From Pseudomonadota bacterium (GTDB lineage Bacteria; Desulfobacterota; Desulfobacteria; Desulfobacterales; JBDRRP01): a stretch of 51,934 bases of DNA. The stretch covers positions 1 to 51,934 of the forward strand of contig JBDRRP010000020.1 of the NCBI GenBank assembly GCA_043825735.1, in the 5' to 3' direction. Of this stretch, positions 42,340 to 51,934 are shown in pieces; position 1 is the first letter of the stretch; each line of letters opens with the position of its first letter. The notes beneath the pieces are model-generated. The model was given only the letters and a program-made list of their open reading frames with translations. It was not told the origin of the DNA and did not search any database. The position numbers were made by a program, and so were the translations under genes.

Positions 42340-42348
42340 CAGCCGCTC

Positions 42349-45300
42349 CTATTCCAGTACGATGCGCACCTTGCCGGGCTCTTTGCCCCTAGTGAGCTCG
42401 TCCAGGTATTCCTCGAATCGTTTCTTCATTTCAGCCGGTGTTGCCGGTGAACCGCCGGAGAGCAGGGCCGCGCGCAGGTCCGCCGTCTTGACCGGCACCT
42501 TCTGAAGGCCAGAGAGCACCTCGCTCAGGGCATGGATGAAGTCTTGGCCCAGGTCATCGGGCAGTTCCCGCTTCATTATGAAGCCATTCACCAGTTTCTT
42601 CGGTTCGGGCTTGAGCAGGTCCAGGTTGCTCTTGGTGGTCGGGTCCGATAGGTTAGTGAGCAGCGTCTGGATCCAATTTGCCACCAGCTTGTCCAGTTCG
42701 TCGTCCAAGCCGTCCAGCACCTTTCTCGCTGGTTCTGTGGCCGGTTCCGCCCCTGGCTTATAGTTGCAATGCGGGCATACCGGCGAAGCGTCTAGCTCTT
42801 GCTCGGTGAGGGCAAAACAGCTCTTCAATCCGGCCAATCGGTTTTGAAAGTCACTTAGGTGCTGGCGAGGCATCAACTCGATGGTGGACAGTTTCTGCAG
42901 TACCTTGAGGCGCTCGTCACTCATGAGTCCGGTCTTGCGCTTGTCCTCGTTCACACCCAACCGCGCCTTAGTATGCATTCCCAAGTAGGTCTGCACATAT
43001 GCCTTTTTGAGGTCTGCGAGTTTGCGCTGGGTTTGCTGACGAAATGTGGCAGCGCGGCGCTTGTCCGGATCACCGAGTTGAGCGAGCACTTCGTCCCGCG
43101 CCTTTTTCATCTTGCCTACCCACTCGTGGTCAGCAGACAGCACTGCCTCGGCGGTGGAAAGGAATGAGGCGGTGGCCCCAAGATCACCGATCAATTCCTG
43201 GAGGGATTCGATCTCGGCCAGGGATTTTAGCCCGCTCCGATGGGAGGTTACCTCCTGGGCGTCGTAGCGGAAGTTCTTGAGTTTTCCGGGCGAGCTGTAG
43301 GCCTGGAGCGATTCCAAAAAACTTTTGGTCATGTCGAGCCGGGTACGCAGTTTTTGCACCTCGCCCTCAGATAGGAGCTTCCGGCCCCAGAAAAGCAGGC
43401 CTCCTTGCAGGTTCTGCTGCAGGGCGACCAGCTTTTCCACCGATTCGGAGATGGCCCTAAGGAGCTGTTGGACCGGTTCATCTTTGCCCAGAGTGACCAG
43501 CTGGGCCATGCCGGGAGTGAGGCCAAGCAGTTCGAACAGAGCCTTGAGCGCCGGAAGGTTCCAATCCTTGGGCCTTTCGATGTGCTTGAACTGAGTAAGT
43601 TCATCCACGCCGGTACCTGCCAGTTGTGGCAGACCGGTGGCGTCGAATTTCTTGCCCGGAATGGCGAGGACCAGATCACCAGAGTAGACCAGGACAGCCA
43701 GTATGACCGCAACCCATTCGGGCTCCAACCGCTGCCGGTCCTTGTCCATGTACTCAACGCCCTTGTCGTCCTGGATCAGCTCGGAGCGATTGACCACCTG
43801 GCCGTGGCCTTTCTTCTTGAGCAAGCCAAGGATGTGTTTGGCGTGTTTCGATTTGTAGGGGTCAAGCCGTTCGCCGTCGAGCAATCCCAGGGCATCAAGC
43901 ACTGCCGTGGCCTGCTTGGTGCGATTCTGGCCGGCTATGGCGCGAAGGGCATCCTGCGCGGCCTGATCCCGGTTGGTCCCGGTGATGAGCACCGAGAAGA
44001 AGGGATATTCGGGAGCCTTATCCTGAAAATGGGCCCCAAGGCAAATGCCGGAGATCGTGTTCACCAGGTCGCGGAAATTTATGCGTTCATGGGAGCCGAT
44101 GCCGGACAACTCCCGGATCGATTTGCCCTTGGCCCACTCAGTGAGCGACTTGGTGCGCCCTTGATAGGAAACCTCGAAGGCATCGGTCATGTGCTTTTGC
44201 AGCCATTGCACCAGGTCCCGCAAAAAATGTGATGACTTGGATTCGTAGGTGGACTTGGGGTTACCTGACGAGGTGGAAGCCAAGTCCAAGGCTGCAGCGT
44301 ATTTACTGAGTGCTGTGCGGAATTCGTTGTTCGTGTTGGTGAGCCGCAGGAAAAGCTCGTCGGCGTTCTTTTCATCCTTGAAGTGCGGCGGATCGAAGGG
44401 CTGGATGAAATAGAGGTAGAAATCCCTGGGAGGCACGGCGGTGGAGCGTTCATTGGGCGCGCCGAAAAACAAGTATCCCTGACGCGCGGCCTTGTGCTCC
44501 AGCCATTCCAATTCGTGCTGCCAGATCTTGTAGCCGGTAACATAGGTCTGGTCAGTGCACTCCATGACCCTTTTCAGGGCCTCGTAGTAGTAACGGTCCA
44601 ACTGGGAGGAGTCGAGACTCTCTGCCCGTTTTTCGATCAGGGCGTCGAAGTCGTCGGTCTTCTTCAGATCCAGATAGAATTGGCGGTTATCTGGGTTCGA
44701 TGAAATGAACTGCCCGCTGACAGTCTTGTGGATTTCCCGCAGGACCGTCTCCACCTGGGATAGCAGGTCGTCGGCCGGATCGCCGCCGAGCTCCTCAATG
44801 CCCGGCTGATAGAGGCAGAGCCCGTCACGCAGTTCTTCGGCCGTTGCGCCCAAGGTGGCGTAAATGTCGCCAGTGGTCAGCCGGTGGATTGACAGGGCAT
44901 GGATGAGCCGCAAAGCCATTGGCTTGTAGGCCGGTCGCGTAAACGCCTGCTGGATGCGTGACTCCAGAACCTGGCTGCAGTCGATCACCGCCTTGATGTC
45001 AGGTACGGCACGGAACGAGGGGTTCTCACGGAGATTGGTCCAGTAGGTGTCGTAGGCAATAAGTCCGGGGCGGTCGTCCGGCATGTCCTGATCGAGAATC
45101 TTCTTCATCGCCAAGGAAAGCGTCTTCAGCACTTCGCGCTTCTCTACTGCGGTCACCCTTTCAAAAGTGTCGATGTAGTCGGGATGCACCGGGAAGAGGC
45201 GGACGAACTCATCCATACGCTCGTTCATGTGGCCGTAGAATTTGCCGAAGGGCGTAAGGTACTCGCGTATCTTAGCTTGTTGCTCGCCTGTTTTTTTTAA

Positions 45301-46077
45301 CAGCCGCTCAGCAACCACGAACTTGACATCTTTACGGGCAATGAGAACCTGCTCGAAGCGATCTTTCACCCGGCGGATGCTGTCGGCCACAAAGGAAAAA
45401 CGCGGGCTGTCGAAAATGGCTTCCTGAACCCCAGCCATGAAACGGAAATGCAGGTCCTTGCAAACCTCACCGATTTCACGGAGGAAATTCAGGTCCAGGA
45501 TGAGTTCCTGGTCTTTGCGAGTGCGCAGATAATCTAGCAGCTCATCCACAACGAGGAGCAGGCCATGGTCTGGAAACTCCTGACGAAACGCGGTCATCAT
45601 CTCTTCAAAGGCGCGCTTGTTATTGGACACCTGGTCAGCGGAGGGGAAGCTGTAAGCCACGCCATTCGCGGCAAGATGCTCTTCCAGTTCGGCCACGAGG
45701 ATATCCCGTAGCGACATGGTGGTGGCTCCGATCTCGGTGCGAACCACTTTGAACCGGCCGCCGATTTTCCTTACGGCATCCTTTACGTCCGTATTGCTAA
45801 GACTGGCGGCGAGGTCTAAGTTTTCGGCAAGCCCCGAGATCACCGACATAAGGTGGGACTTACCGGTGCCGTAGTTGCCGACCACCAGAAGGCCTTTGTT
45901 GTCGGTGGGCTGCTCAAACTGCAGCTGGGGAATAACAAGGCCCACTAGTTTTTCCGCCATCTCCTCGGAAATGACATAGGTCTCGACAAGCTGTCGGGCC
46001 GCAATTGCTTCGTCGGCGTCCCGTAGCTGGACCACGGATTCTATGGGTTCAAACTGTATCAGGTCACCGTATTTCAT
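42349..46077 (-). CDS. brxC: BREX type 3 ATPase BrxC/PglY (DUF6079-like)
   Basis: GNYGTGKSH Walker A, LVVDE Walker B, LFPVHP and a C-terminal CPHC. Start set at ATG 46077. Confidence 0.9.
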   Translation of the reverse strand: MKYGDLIQFEPIESVVQLRDADEAIAARQLVETYVISEEMAEKLVGLVIPQLQFEQPTDNKGLLVVGNYGTGKSHLMSVISGLAENLDLAASLSNTDVKDAVRKIGGRFKVVRTEIGATTMSLRDILVAELEEHLAANGVAYSFPSADQVSNNKRAFEEMMTAFRQEFPDHGLLLVVDELLDYLRTRKDQELILDLNFLREIGEVCKDLHFRFMAGVQEAIFDSPRFSFVADSIRRVKDRFEQVLIARKDVKFVVAERLLKKTGEQQAKIREYLTPFGKFYGHMNERMDEFVRLFPVHPDYIDTFERVTAVEKREVLKTLSLAMKKILDQDMPDDRPGLIAYDTYWTNLRENPSFRAVPDIKAVIDCSQVLESRIQQAFTRPAYKPMALRLIHALSIHRLTTGDIYATLGATAEELRDGLCLYQPGIEELGGDPADDLLSQVETVLREIHKTVSGQFISSNPDNRQFYLDLKKTDDFDALIEKRAESLDSSQLDRYYYEALKRVMECTDQTYVTGYKIWQHELEWLEHKAARQGYLFFGAPNERSTAVPPRDFYLYFIQPFDPPHFKDEKNADELFLRLTNTNNEFRTALSKYAAALDLASTSSGNPKSTYESKSSHFLRDLVQWLQKHMTDAFEVSYQGRTKSLTEWAKGKSIRELSGIGSHERINFRDLVNTISGICLGAHFQDKAPEYPFFSVLITGTNRDQAAQDALRAIAGQNRTKQATAVLDALGLLDGERLDPYKSKHAKHILGLLKKKGHGQVVNRSELIQDDKGVEYMDKDRQRLEPEWVAVILAVLVYSGDLVLAIPGKKFDATGLPQLAGTGVDELTQFKHIERPKDWNLPALKALFELLGLTPGMAQLVTLGKDEPVQQLLRAISESVEKLVALQQNLQGGLLFWGRKLLSEGEVQKLRTRLDMTKSFLESLQAYSSPGKLKNFRYDAQEVTSHRSGLKSLAEIESLQELIGDLGATASFLSTAEAVLSADHEWVGKMKKARDEVLAQLGDPDKRRAATFRQQTQRKLADLKKAYVQTYLGMHTKARLGVNEDKRKTGLMSDERLKVLQKLSTIELMPRQHLSDFQNRLAGLKSCFALTEQELDASPVCPHCNYKPGAEPATEPARKVLDGLDDELDKLVANWIQTLLTNLSDPTTKSNLDLLKPEPKKLVNGFIMKRELPDDLGQDFIHALSEVLSGLQKVPVKTADLRAALLSGGSPATPAEMKKRFEEYLDELTRGKEPGKVRIVLE

Positions 46078-46111
46078 CGCGTCTGCTCCCATGCAATGGA
46101 ATTTGTAGTTT

Positions 46112-46588
46112 TCAGGTCGTCACTTCCGGGCATGCCACAAGCAAATCACGCATCGGATAGCGTCTGTATTCCGGGTGGTCTGGAGTGGCATAGGTCAAAG
46201 ATTTTTCAACGATGGTGCCATTCCATGCGGCCACCACGGTTTTGTTGCGAGAAAGTCCCTGGAGCAAGCGAAGCGGGTCCTGCTTCAAGCCAACATCGAA
46301 GATGACTTCAATGTTGTCGAGCAGGATTATCTCACCATTGCCATCGCCGACGATCCCTCGGAGAAGACTATACAGTTGCAAAGCCCGTTGGCGCTCGGTC
46401 AATTCCAGCATCCGGCGGGAAAGCTCGAGGTTGACATTGACTAGGTGCGCACCGGTGCGATCCCTCACATCGTGAAGCGCAGTGGTCTTGCCTGCGCTTG
46501 CTGGTGCAACGACCAGCATCAGACGGTGATAGAGTTCAGTGGCTTGCTGGACCTTCCTTATGATCTGGTCTGCAAGTGGTTCCGCCAT
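46112..46588 (-). CDS. brxF: BREX type 3 P-loop protein BrxF
   Basis: [32 protein letters not shown] and [12 protein letters not shown] overlaps the HTH stop (TAATG). Confidence 0.9.
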   Translation of the reverse strand: MAEPLADQIIRKVQQATELYHRLMLVVAPASAGKTTALHDVRDRTGAHLVNVNLELSRRMLELTERQRALQLYSLLRGIVGDGNGEIILLDNIEVIFDVGLKQDPLRLLQGLSRNKTVVAAWNGTIVEKSLTYATPDHPEYRRYPMRDLLVACPEVTT

Positions 46589-46791
46589 TACCAATCCTCT
46601 CCAGGCCTGCTGTCTTTATCACCGGCCCCACCCGACCTCACCCAATCATCTACCTCTTCCTTTTGGAATTTCCATAGCCGCCCCATCCGATGGGCAGGCA
46701 TCTGTTTCTCGGTGATCCACCGGTAGACGGTGTCCCTTTTGATGCCAAGGTGGGTTGCAATCTCCTCAACTGACAACCATCGGTCTTCCAT
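46588..46791 (-). CDS. Excisionase-like HTH_17 DNA-binding protein leading the BREX operon
   Basis: MEDRWLSVEEIATHLGIKRDTVYRWI...PAHRMGRLWKF; GGAG RBS. Confidence 0.88.
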   Translation of the reverse strand: MEDRWLSVEEIATHLGIKRDTVYRWITEKQMPAHRMGRLWKFQKEEVDDWVRSGGAGDKDSRPGEDW

Positions 46792-47227
46792 AGCCACTCC
46801 AAGAAAAAATGGATGCCCCAGGAAAAAGGACAACAAAAGTTAATAAAACCGGTTCGTTGGGAAGTAAGGAGCGACTGGCCTTCATAATTTAGGCAGAAAA
46901 ACCAGCACAAACTGGCAAAGAATAAACGAAACACGATCTAAATGTCAAATATCAATGCGTAACTGCGTAAGCCTTTGATGTTTTCCTTGCATTGTGGTCG
47001 TCCCATCCAAATATTCCCTGTATATTTGGCGACTTGGCTTATCTCAACAGTGCTCCATCCTGGTCGTCCTGAAAAATTCCGCCAAAAATATCGCCTCTGG
47101 CTCCCGTAGAGTGGCCAAGGGGTAAGATTCGAAAACATACATTATAGCCCCCACCCATAGGGCTACCATCTGCAGGGCTGTCGATTCTTATCGATGGCCT
47201 TTCGTGCTTTGAAAGGAGGTGATCCAT

Positions 47228-47773
47228 TTGCATGAGAAAATCCCAGTACCAAGGCAGCAGAGCCTTTTCCCAGACCCCGCCGAGACCCCTCACCATTCCA
47301 AGTTCATTTCAAATTACCGAGTCACGCTGGTCAGAGACCGGCACCTTCCCTTTGAACAGTGCCGTCTGGCCAATTCCCAGCAGGCCCAGCCGATCATCCG
47401 CAAACTCATCGAGACCCACGGACAATCCGATCGAGAGCAGTTTTGCGTGCTAATGCTCAATACCAAGAACGAGATCATCGGCGTGAATATCGTCAGCACC
47501 GGCAGCGTCTCATCCGCCCAGGTCTGTCCTCGTGAAGTGCTCAAGCCCGCTATTTTGGCCAGCTCGTCGGCAATTATCCTGAGTCACAACCACCCTAGTT
47601 GTGATGTGCAGCCATCTCCGGAGGATCTGGCTTTGACCGAGAAGCTGATCCATGCCTGCCATCTCGTTGGCATTACCGTTCATGAGCACATCATCGTCTC
47701 GATGTTCGATGACCGGTATTACAGCATGGCCGACAACGGCATTATTCAGCGGATGTATGACCAGATAAGCTGA
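47228..47773 (+). CDS. radC: RadC/JAB-domain protein
   Basis: REQFCVLMLN...PREVLK...HNHPS...PSPED. Probable TTG start at 47228 after AAGGAGG (ORF open from 47219). Confidence 0.88.
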   Translation: MHEKIPVPRQQSLFPDPAETPHHSKFISNYRVTLVRDRHLPFEQCRLANSQQAQPIIRKLIETHGQSDREQFCVLMLNTKNEIIGVNIVSTGSVSSAQVCPREVLKPAILASSSAIILSHNHPSCDVQPSPEDLALTEKLIHACHLVGITVHEHIIVSMFDDRYYSMADNGIIQRMYDQIS

Positions 47774-47857
47774 GATCGACATTTCCAAGAATTTCAATGA
47801 AGCCATTTGCCAGTCCCGGCAAGTGGTTTTTTTATTTCGAAGGGAGGTGATGCGCCA

Positions 47858-48073
47858 ATGGCATACACACCGGAGCTTTCCTTGAAATCGTCCAGCACCC
47901 TGAGACGGATCGCGTGGGCTCTGGACCTGCCGATGACCCAGACCATCGAAAGGGTTTTCGAGCATTTGCCCCAGATCCTGGACCGGCGACTGGTCTGCAA
48001 GGCCTGCCGGGACCCGTCCAAGTGCTGCAACTGCCCCTTCAGCGAAAACCCATCCAAACCCGAAAGGAGGTGA
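47858..48073 (+). CDS. Small Cys-rich hypothetical protein
   Basis: MAYTPELS...TLRRIAWAL...CKACRDPSKCCNCPF; strong GGAGGTGA RBS. Confidence 0.65.
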   Translation: MAYTPELSLKSSSTLRRIAWALDLPMTQTIERVFEHLPQILDRRLVCKACRDPSKCCNCPFSENPSKPERR

Positions 48074-48078
48074 TCCGC

Positions 48079-48288
48079 ATGACCATGCCCGGTGAATGCG
48101 TGTATGACGTCCGCACCCTCTGCTGTGAATGCCAGTCCGTGATGGACATTGGCGTCCAGCGCAGCGCGGCCGGCTATTATGTCGGCTCTTTCTGTCCCTG
48201 TTGCGGCCCCTACAGCCGCGAGAGCGGGTATTACCGCAGTTTCGAGGAAGCCCAGGAGGCCCTGGATAGCGGCCTTTACTGGCGGTAA
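48079..48288 (+). CDS. Small zinc-ribbon hypothetical protein
   Basis: CCEC...SAAGYYVG..CPCCGPYSRESGYY; AAGGAGGTGA RBS. Confidence 0.65.
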   Translation: MTMPGECVYDVRTLCCECQSVMDIGVQRSAAGYYVGSFCPCCGPYSRESGYYRSFEEAQEALDSGLYWR

Positions 48289-48389
48289 CCGCCACAACCC
48301 ATCCACCCCAACAGAGAAGCCCGGTGAGCCTGAGTGCTTGCCGGGCTTTTCGTGTTTCTGGACCCATCAAATCAAAAGGAGAAGAAATC

Positions 48390-49370
48390 ATGACCCAAGA
48401 AAGACAAGAAACAAGACGCATCAACAACGCAGAAGTACTTCCCCCTGAGACGCATCAGGAGCGTCGCATAACGGTTCCGAGCCTCATCCCTACGGCACCG
48501 CTGGATATGCCTGTGGAGCGCTTCTCAGAGGCTCTGGAGCGCCGTGAGGACAACCGTAAGGCCTTGCTCCGGTGGATTCAATCCAACCTTCAGATCGGCG
48601 TCGATTACGGCCAGATTCACGTGGTCGGAAAGGACAAGTGCCGGCTGGCCAGCGAGGGGAAAGCCTACGAGTGCATCAACCCGAGGCACTGGAGTAAGCC
48701 ATCTTTGTGGAAGCCCGGCGCCGAAAAGATTTGCGGCATGCTGGGGCTGATTCCGAGGTTTCCGAATATCAAAGAATACGAAAGCGCCGCCCTTCGCGGG
48801 GAGGATCTGAAGGTCATCCTTCTCAAATGCGAGCTTCACACGGGTAGCGGTTTCGTGGCCGCCGAGGGCACCGGTGCCAGGCGTATCGCCCAGGACAGCG
48901 GGGACATCAATAAGAGCCTCAAGATGGCCGAGAAGTCCGCTCACATTGACGCCACCTTGCGAGTGGCTGGGCTATCGGAGCTGTTCACCCAGGATCTGGA
49001 AGACTTGCCAGGGCAGTCGCGGCAGCAGGTGCAGCCGGATACCAATGCATCTCGACCGGAGGCGGGTTCACAGCAAGAGGAAGGCTCTCGGCGCGCGGGC
49101 GAAAATGGCGGCTCACACAAGAATGCCACCAACGGTCAGCAGCAGCGCCAGACCGGCGGCAGGCAGAATCAACAACCTGCCAATAACCAGTCCAACGGAG
49201 GCAACAGGATCACAGGCAAGCAGTACAAGTACATCATGAGCCTGATGCAGACGGCCGGCATGACCAAAAAGGAGTTGAACGAGCACTGCGTCAACACCTA
49301 CGGCTCCGTGGTGGATCACATCACCCGGGCCGATGCCTCCAGCCTCATCGATTGGCTGCAGGGCCGGTAA
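48390..49370 (+). CDS. Putative Rad52-superfamily single-strand annealing protein
   Basis: KPSLWKPGAEK...GTG...NKSLKMAEKSAHIDA...FTQDLED, then a Q/N-rich linker and a small C-terminal domain; AAGGAG RBS. Confidence 0.6.
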   Translation: MTQERQETRRINNAEVLPPETHQERRITVPSLIPTAPLDMPVERFSEALERREDNRKALLRWIQSNLQIGVDYGQIHVVGKDKCRLASEGKAYECINPRHWSKPSLWKPGAEKICGMLGLIPRFPNIKEYESAALRGEDLKVILLKCELHTGSGFVAAEGTGARRIAQDSGDINKSLKMAEKSAHIDATLRVAGLSELFTQDLEDLPGQSRQQVQPDTNASRPEAGSQQEEGSRRAGENGGSHKNATNGQQQRQTGGRQNQQPANNQSNGGNRITGKQYKYIMSLMQTAGMTKKELNEHCVNTYGSVVDHITRADASSLIDWLQGR

Positions 49371-49447
49371 ATCAATTCATTCAACCCCAGGGGAAGGTGC
49401 CAGCGCGGGCCTTCCCTTTTTCATTGCCAAAGGAAAGGAGCATTACC

Positions 49448-50278
49448 ATGACCAGAAAACAAGCATTGGCCGATTTCCAGAGCGAGCTTCACATCAGCTA
49501 CAGCCAGGTGTTCACCTATCTTGCCTGTCCCCTGAAATACCAGTTCCAGTACGTCGAGCAGCAGCCGGCGGAAAGAGTCAGCATCGCGCTGCCCTTCGGA
49601 TCGGCTATTCACTGTGCCATCGAGCGGTATCACCGGGGCCAGATGGACAACGGGGTGCCGGACCCGCTGTGGCAACTTCAGGATATTTTCACCGAGGTGC
49701 TGACCGCTGGCCTGGACCGGGTGGAAGTGCCCATCATTTACAAGCAGCAGACCCCGAACCTGAAGGCCGCTGTCGATATGGGCAAAAAGATGCTGGAGGC
49801 TTTCTATTACGGCATCGACATGACAGGCTTCACGGTGATCGGCGTCGAATTGCCGCTGAGAGCGAGGCTGTATTCGGTGGGCGGTGTGCCCCTGGACATG
49901 ACGGTCACCGGCATCATCGACCTTTTGCTGAAGGACGCGGCCGGCAACGTCATCGCCGTGGACAACAAGACGGCCAAGAACCCTTATGCCCAGACCGCCG
50001 TGGATGAGGATCTGCAGTTGACCTCATATGCGTATCTGCTGGCGGCCAACCGGTACGTGTTTCCTACGGCCGATGTCTATTGCCGGTTCGATGTCCTGCG
50101 GAAACTCAAAACGCCCAAGTTCGAACAGCACTACACGATTCGGACAGCGGAACAGCGGCGGCGATTCGCCAGGGTGACGGCTGCCGTGCTGGCAGGCATC
50201 GAGGCACGCATATTCATGCCGAGCAAGAGCTGGATGTGTGGGGATTGTCAGTTCGCTATGGCGTGTGAGGCTTGGTAG
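49448..50278 (+). CDS. PD-(D/E)XK RecB/Cas4-like nuclease with 4-Cys cluster
   Basis: SYSQ..TY..CPLKY, FGSAIH, GIIDL, VDNKT, QLTSY and CGDCQFAMAC. Confidence 0.85.
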   Translation: MTRKQALADFQSELHISYSQVFTYLACPLKYQFQYVEQQPAERVSIALPFGSAIHCAIERYHRGQMDNGVPDPLWQLQDIFTEVLTAGLDRVEVPIIYKQQTPNLKAAVDMGKKMLEAFYYGIDMTGFTVIGVELPLRARLYSVGGVPLDMTVTGIIDLLLKDAAGNVIAVDNKTAKNPYAQTAVDEDLQLTSYAYLLAANRYVFPTADVYCRFDVLRKLKTPKFEQHYTIRTAEQRRRFARVTAAVLAGIEARIFMPSKSWMCGDCQFAMACEAW

Positions 50279-50283
50279 GCGAC

Positions 50284-50329
50284 TGAACATAAAAACTTGT
50301 TCAATCGATTGAACAAGAAAATCTGTTCA
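50284..50329. promoter_or_regulatory. Tandem TGAACA-N8-TGTTCA inverted-repeat sites
   Basis: Copies at 50284-50303 and 50310-50329, bridged by a perfect 22-bp palindrome at 50296-50317. Confidence 0.5.
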
Positions 50330-50416
50330 ATGAAAATGGGTTAAAGTTCTAATTGTTTATGCCGATTAAAAGGCAAAGGAGAAATTTCCTCATTACACTA
50401 AATTTAGGATAGCCTC

Positions 50417-51028
50417 ATGGAAACAAATATATGTCCAAAGTGCAGCTATCGTTCAGATGAGACCTTCAATGAATGCCCAAAATGTGGAATAATTGTTGAA
50501 AAATTCCTCAAACGAAAAGGAAATGAAGAAAGCAAGGCAAAGATTGCTGCTTTAGAAAACCAAAAGAATAAGCTCAAAAAAGAGATAACAAATACCGAGA
50601 AAAAGAAGCAACTATCTACAAGAACTGCTAAAGTAAAAGAATGGATTATTGGCAATGCTTTAAGAGTAAAAAAATGGATACTTGCCGACAAAAAAAGGTT
50701 ATACGGAGCAATGGCCATCGTTATTTTAGTGTTTGTCATTATCCCTGTTATTGGAGTTAAAATCCATAGGCACAATGAATTCATAGAATTTCAAAATGCC
50801 TTAAATGCCCGTATAGAATATGAAATGCTGAAGGCTCAGAATGCAAACTCTGTCGTGCCTTCAGAAGGTCTTGCACAACGAATGTGGCGTGAATCACAAG
50901 CAAGAGACAGAGAAAAAGAGTATCAACAAATGCAGAGAGATGTTAGCCGCATGAAGGAAAGATTATCAGATAACCCAAAGAGCGTCGAAGAGATAAATCG
51001 AAGGCTAATGATGAATAGTAGATATTAA
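50417..51028 (+). CDS. AT-rich membrane-anchored protein with N-terminal zinc ribbon
   Basis: CPKC...CPKC, Lys-rich coiled coil and one TM helix; AGGA RBS. Confidence 0.7.
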   Translation: METNICPKCSYRSDETFNECPKCGIIVEKFLKRKGNEESKAKIAALENQKNKLKKEITNTEKKKQLSTRTAKVKEWIIGNALRVKKWILADKKRLYGAMAIVILVFVIIPVIGVKIHRHNEFIEFQNALNARIEYEMLKAQNANSVVPSEGLAQRMWRESQARDREKEYQQMQRDVSRMKERLSDNPKSVEEINRRLMMNSRY

Positions 51029-51204
51029 TTGGTGATATTTTATTGAACTATTAACGCTCCACACGATTTGAGGTAGCAAATTTATTAAGTAGCTATTGAA
51101 CACAAATCAGAATAACCCCGATATCTGACCACAATTCGGTCGGTGCTCGGGGTTTTTTGTTTTCAATACATCCATTTCCTAACCCTGAAAGGAGCCCCTA
51201 TGCC

Positions 51205-51934
51205 ATGCTCGAATTGAATGAAAAACAGAAGCAAGCAGCCCACTTCATGTTCGGCACTGCGAGCGTGATTGCAATTCCGGGCAGCGGTAAGACCCTTACC
51301 ATGGCCGCAAGGATCGGAAATCTGGTCTGTAGCGGCATCCCGCCGGACAAGATACTGGGCCTCACCTTTACCAGGAACGCCGCAGGTGCCATGAGAAACA
51401 AGCTCAGGCCAGTCCTACTGGATCAATCCTCCAAGGTGACCCTTTCCACTATCCATTCCTTTTGTCACCGGCTGTTGAAGGAGGAAGGCCGGACCTTTGA
51501 AATGCTTCATGGCAAGCGTCAGGTCTATCTCATGCGCAAGGTGATCAAGAGGCTCGATGTGGGTGAGTTTTCCGCCGGCTTCGCCCTTCGTGAGATCGGC
51601 CTTGCCAAAAGCAGGCTGATGGACTGGGAGCGCTTCCGGTCATTTCACGAAAATGACGAAGTGATGCAGGCCGTCGCCGAGATTTACCAGGTCTACGAGG
51701 AGGAGAAACGTAAATGCCTTTGTTTGGATTTCTCAGACCTGCTGATGGAAGCCCACAGATTGCTCAAATCGCACAAGGACCGATGCAACAGCGACCGGCA
51801 GACCTTTCCGCATATTCTGGTGGACGAATACCAGGACACCAATCCCGCTCAGGTGGAGGTTCTGAACCTTCTGGCCGGAAGGAATGATCACTCATCACTG
51901 TGGGTATGTGGCGATGATTGGCAGAGCATCTTCG
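51205..51934 (+). CDS. UvrD/PcrA/Rep-family helicase, partial (runs off the right edge)
   Basis: Hand translation: MLELNEKQKQAA...PGSGKT...TFTRNAA...TIHSFC...VDEYQDTN...GDDWQSIF. Confidence 0.9.
   Translation, partial: MLELNEKQKQAAHFMFGTASVIAIPGSGKTLTMAARIGNLVCSGIPPDKILGLTFTRNAAGAMRNKLRPVLLDQSSKVTLSTIHSFCHRLLKEEGRTFEMLHGKRQVYLMRKVIKRLDVGEFSAGFALREIGLAKSRLMDWERFRSFHENDEVMQAVAEIYQVYEEEKRKCLCLDFSDLLMEAHRLLKSHKDRCNSDRQTFPHILVDEYQDTNPAQVEVLNLLAGRNDHSSLWVCGDDWQSIF

Larger units (their letters stand above)
29652..51934. mobile_element. tRNA-integrated genomic/defence island (ICE-like), continues beyond the right edge
   Basis: att fragment at the left end; BREX, excisionase-like HTH, radC, SSAP, PD-(D/E)XK nuclease and UvrD cargo; the chromosomal REP repeats are not seen here. 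No integrase in the window. Confidence 0.8.

Noticed and set aside
47510..48427. 305-aa minus-strand ORF
   Set aside because: Shadow of plus-strand genes that have strong RBSs; composition is not protein-like.
49448..50278. cas4 of a CRISPR-Cas system
   Set aside because: No cas1/cas2 or array nearby; the context is a mobile-element recombination module.

Overview
This window has two parts. The sequence style and gene content suggest a sulfate-reducing deltaproteobacterium (Desulfobacterales-like); this is an inference. (1) 1-29650 is chromosomal. It holds a minus-strand MSHA/type IV pilus-like cluster (PilM-PilN fusion, PilO, PilP-like, secretin, ExeA/MshM ATPase, MshEN-type extension ATPase, platform protein, membrane-anchored sigma54 activator, major pilin with a sigma54 promoter, three minor pilins and a large PilX-like protein cut by the window edge). 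A TMTC-like glycosyltransferase and a hicB-hicA pair with a shortened toxin interrupt the cluster. Next come a hybrid histidine kinase and receiver protein, a DUF4384-type protein, rsmG, an acetyl-CoA hydrolase/GNAT fusion, a stand-alone EF-G with a P-loop partner, and an Arg-repeat micro-protein beside a PilZ protein. Nested REP-like and MITE-like repeats fill several intergenic gaps. (2) From 29652 to the right edge lies a genomic island whose left end is a 19-bp tRNA 3'-end (att) fragment. It carries a complete type 3 BREX defence operon (HTH, brxF, brxC, pglXI, brxHII, pglZ, brxA). A two-gene module (ABC-type DUF3696-like ATPase plus an unknown protein with a possible RNase-like C-terminus) is inserted into that operon with overlapping start/stop codons; this is the best candidate for an undescribed system. 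Divergent from BREX is a radC / SSAP / Cas4-like nuclease / UvrD recombination region.
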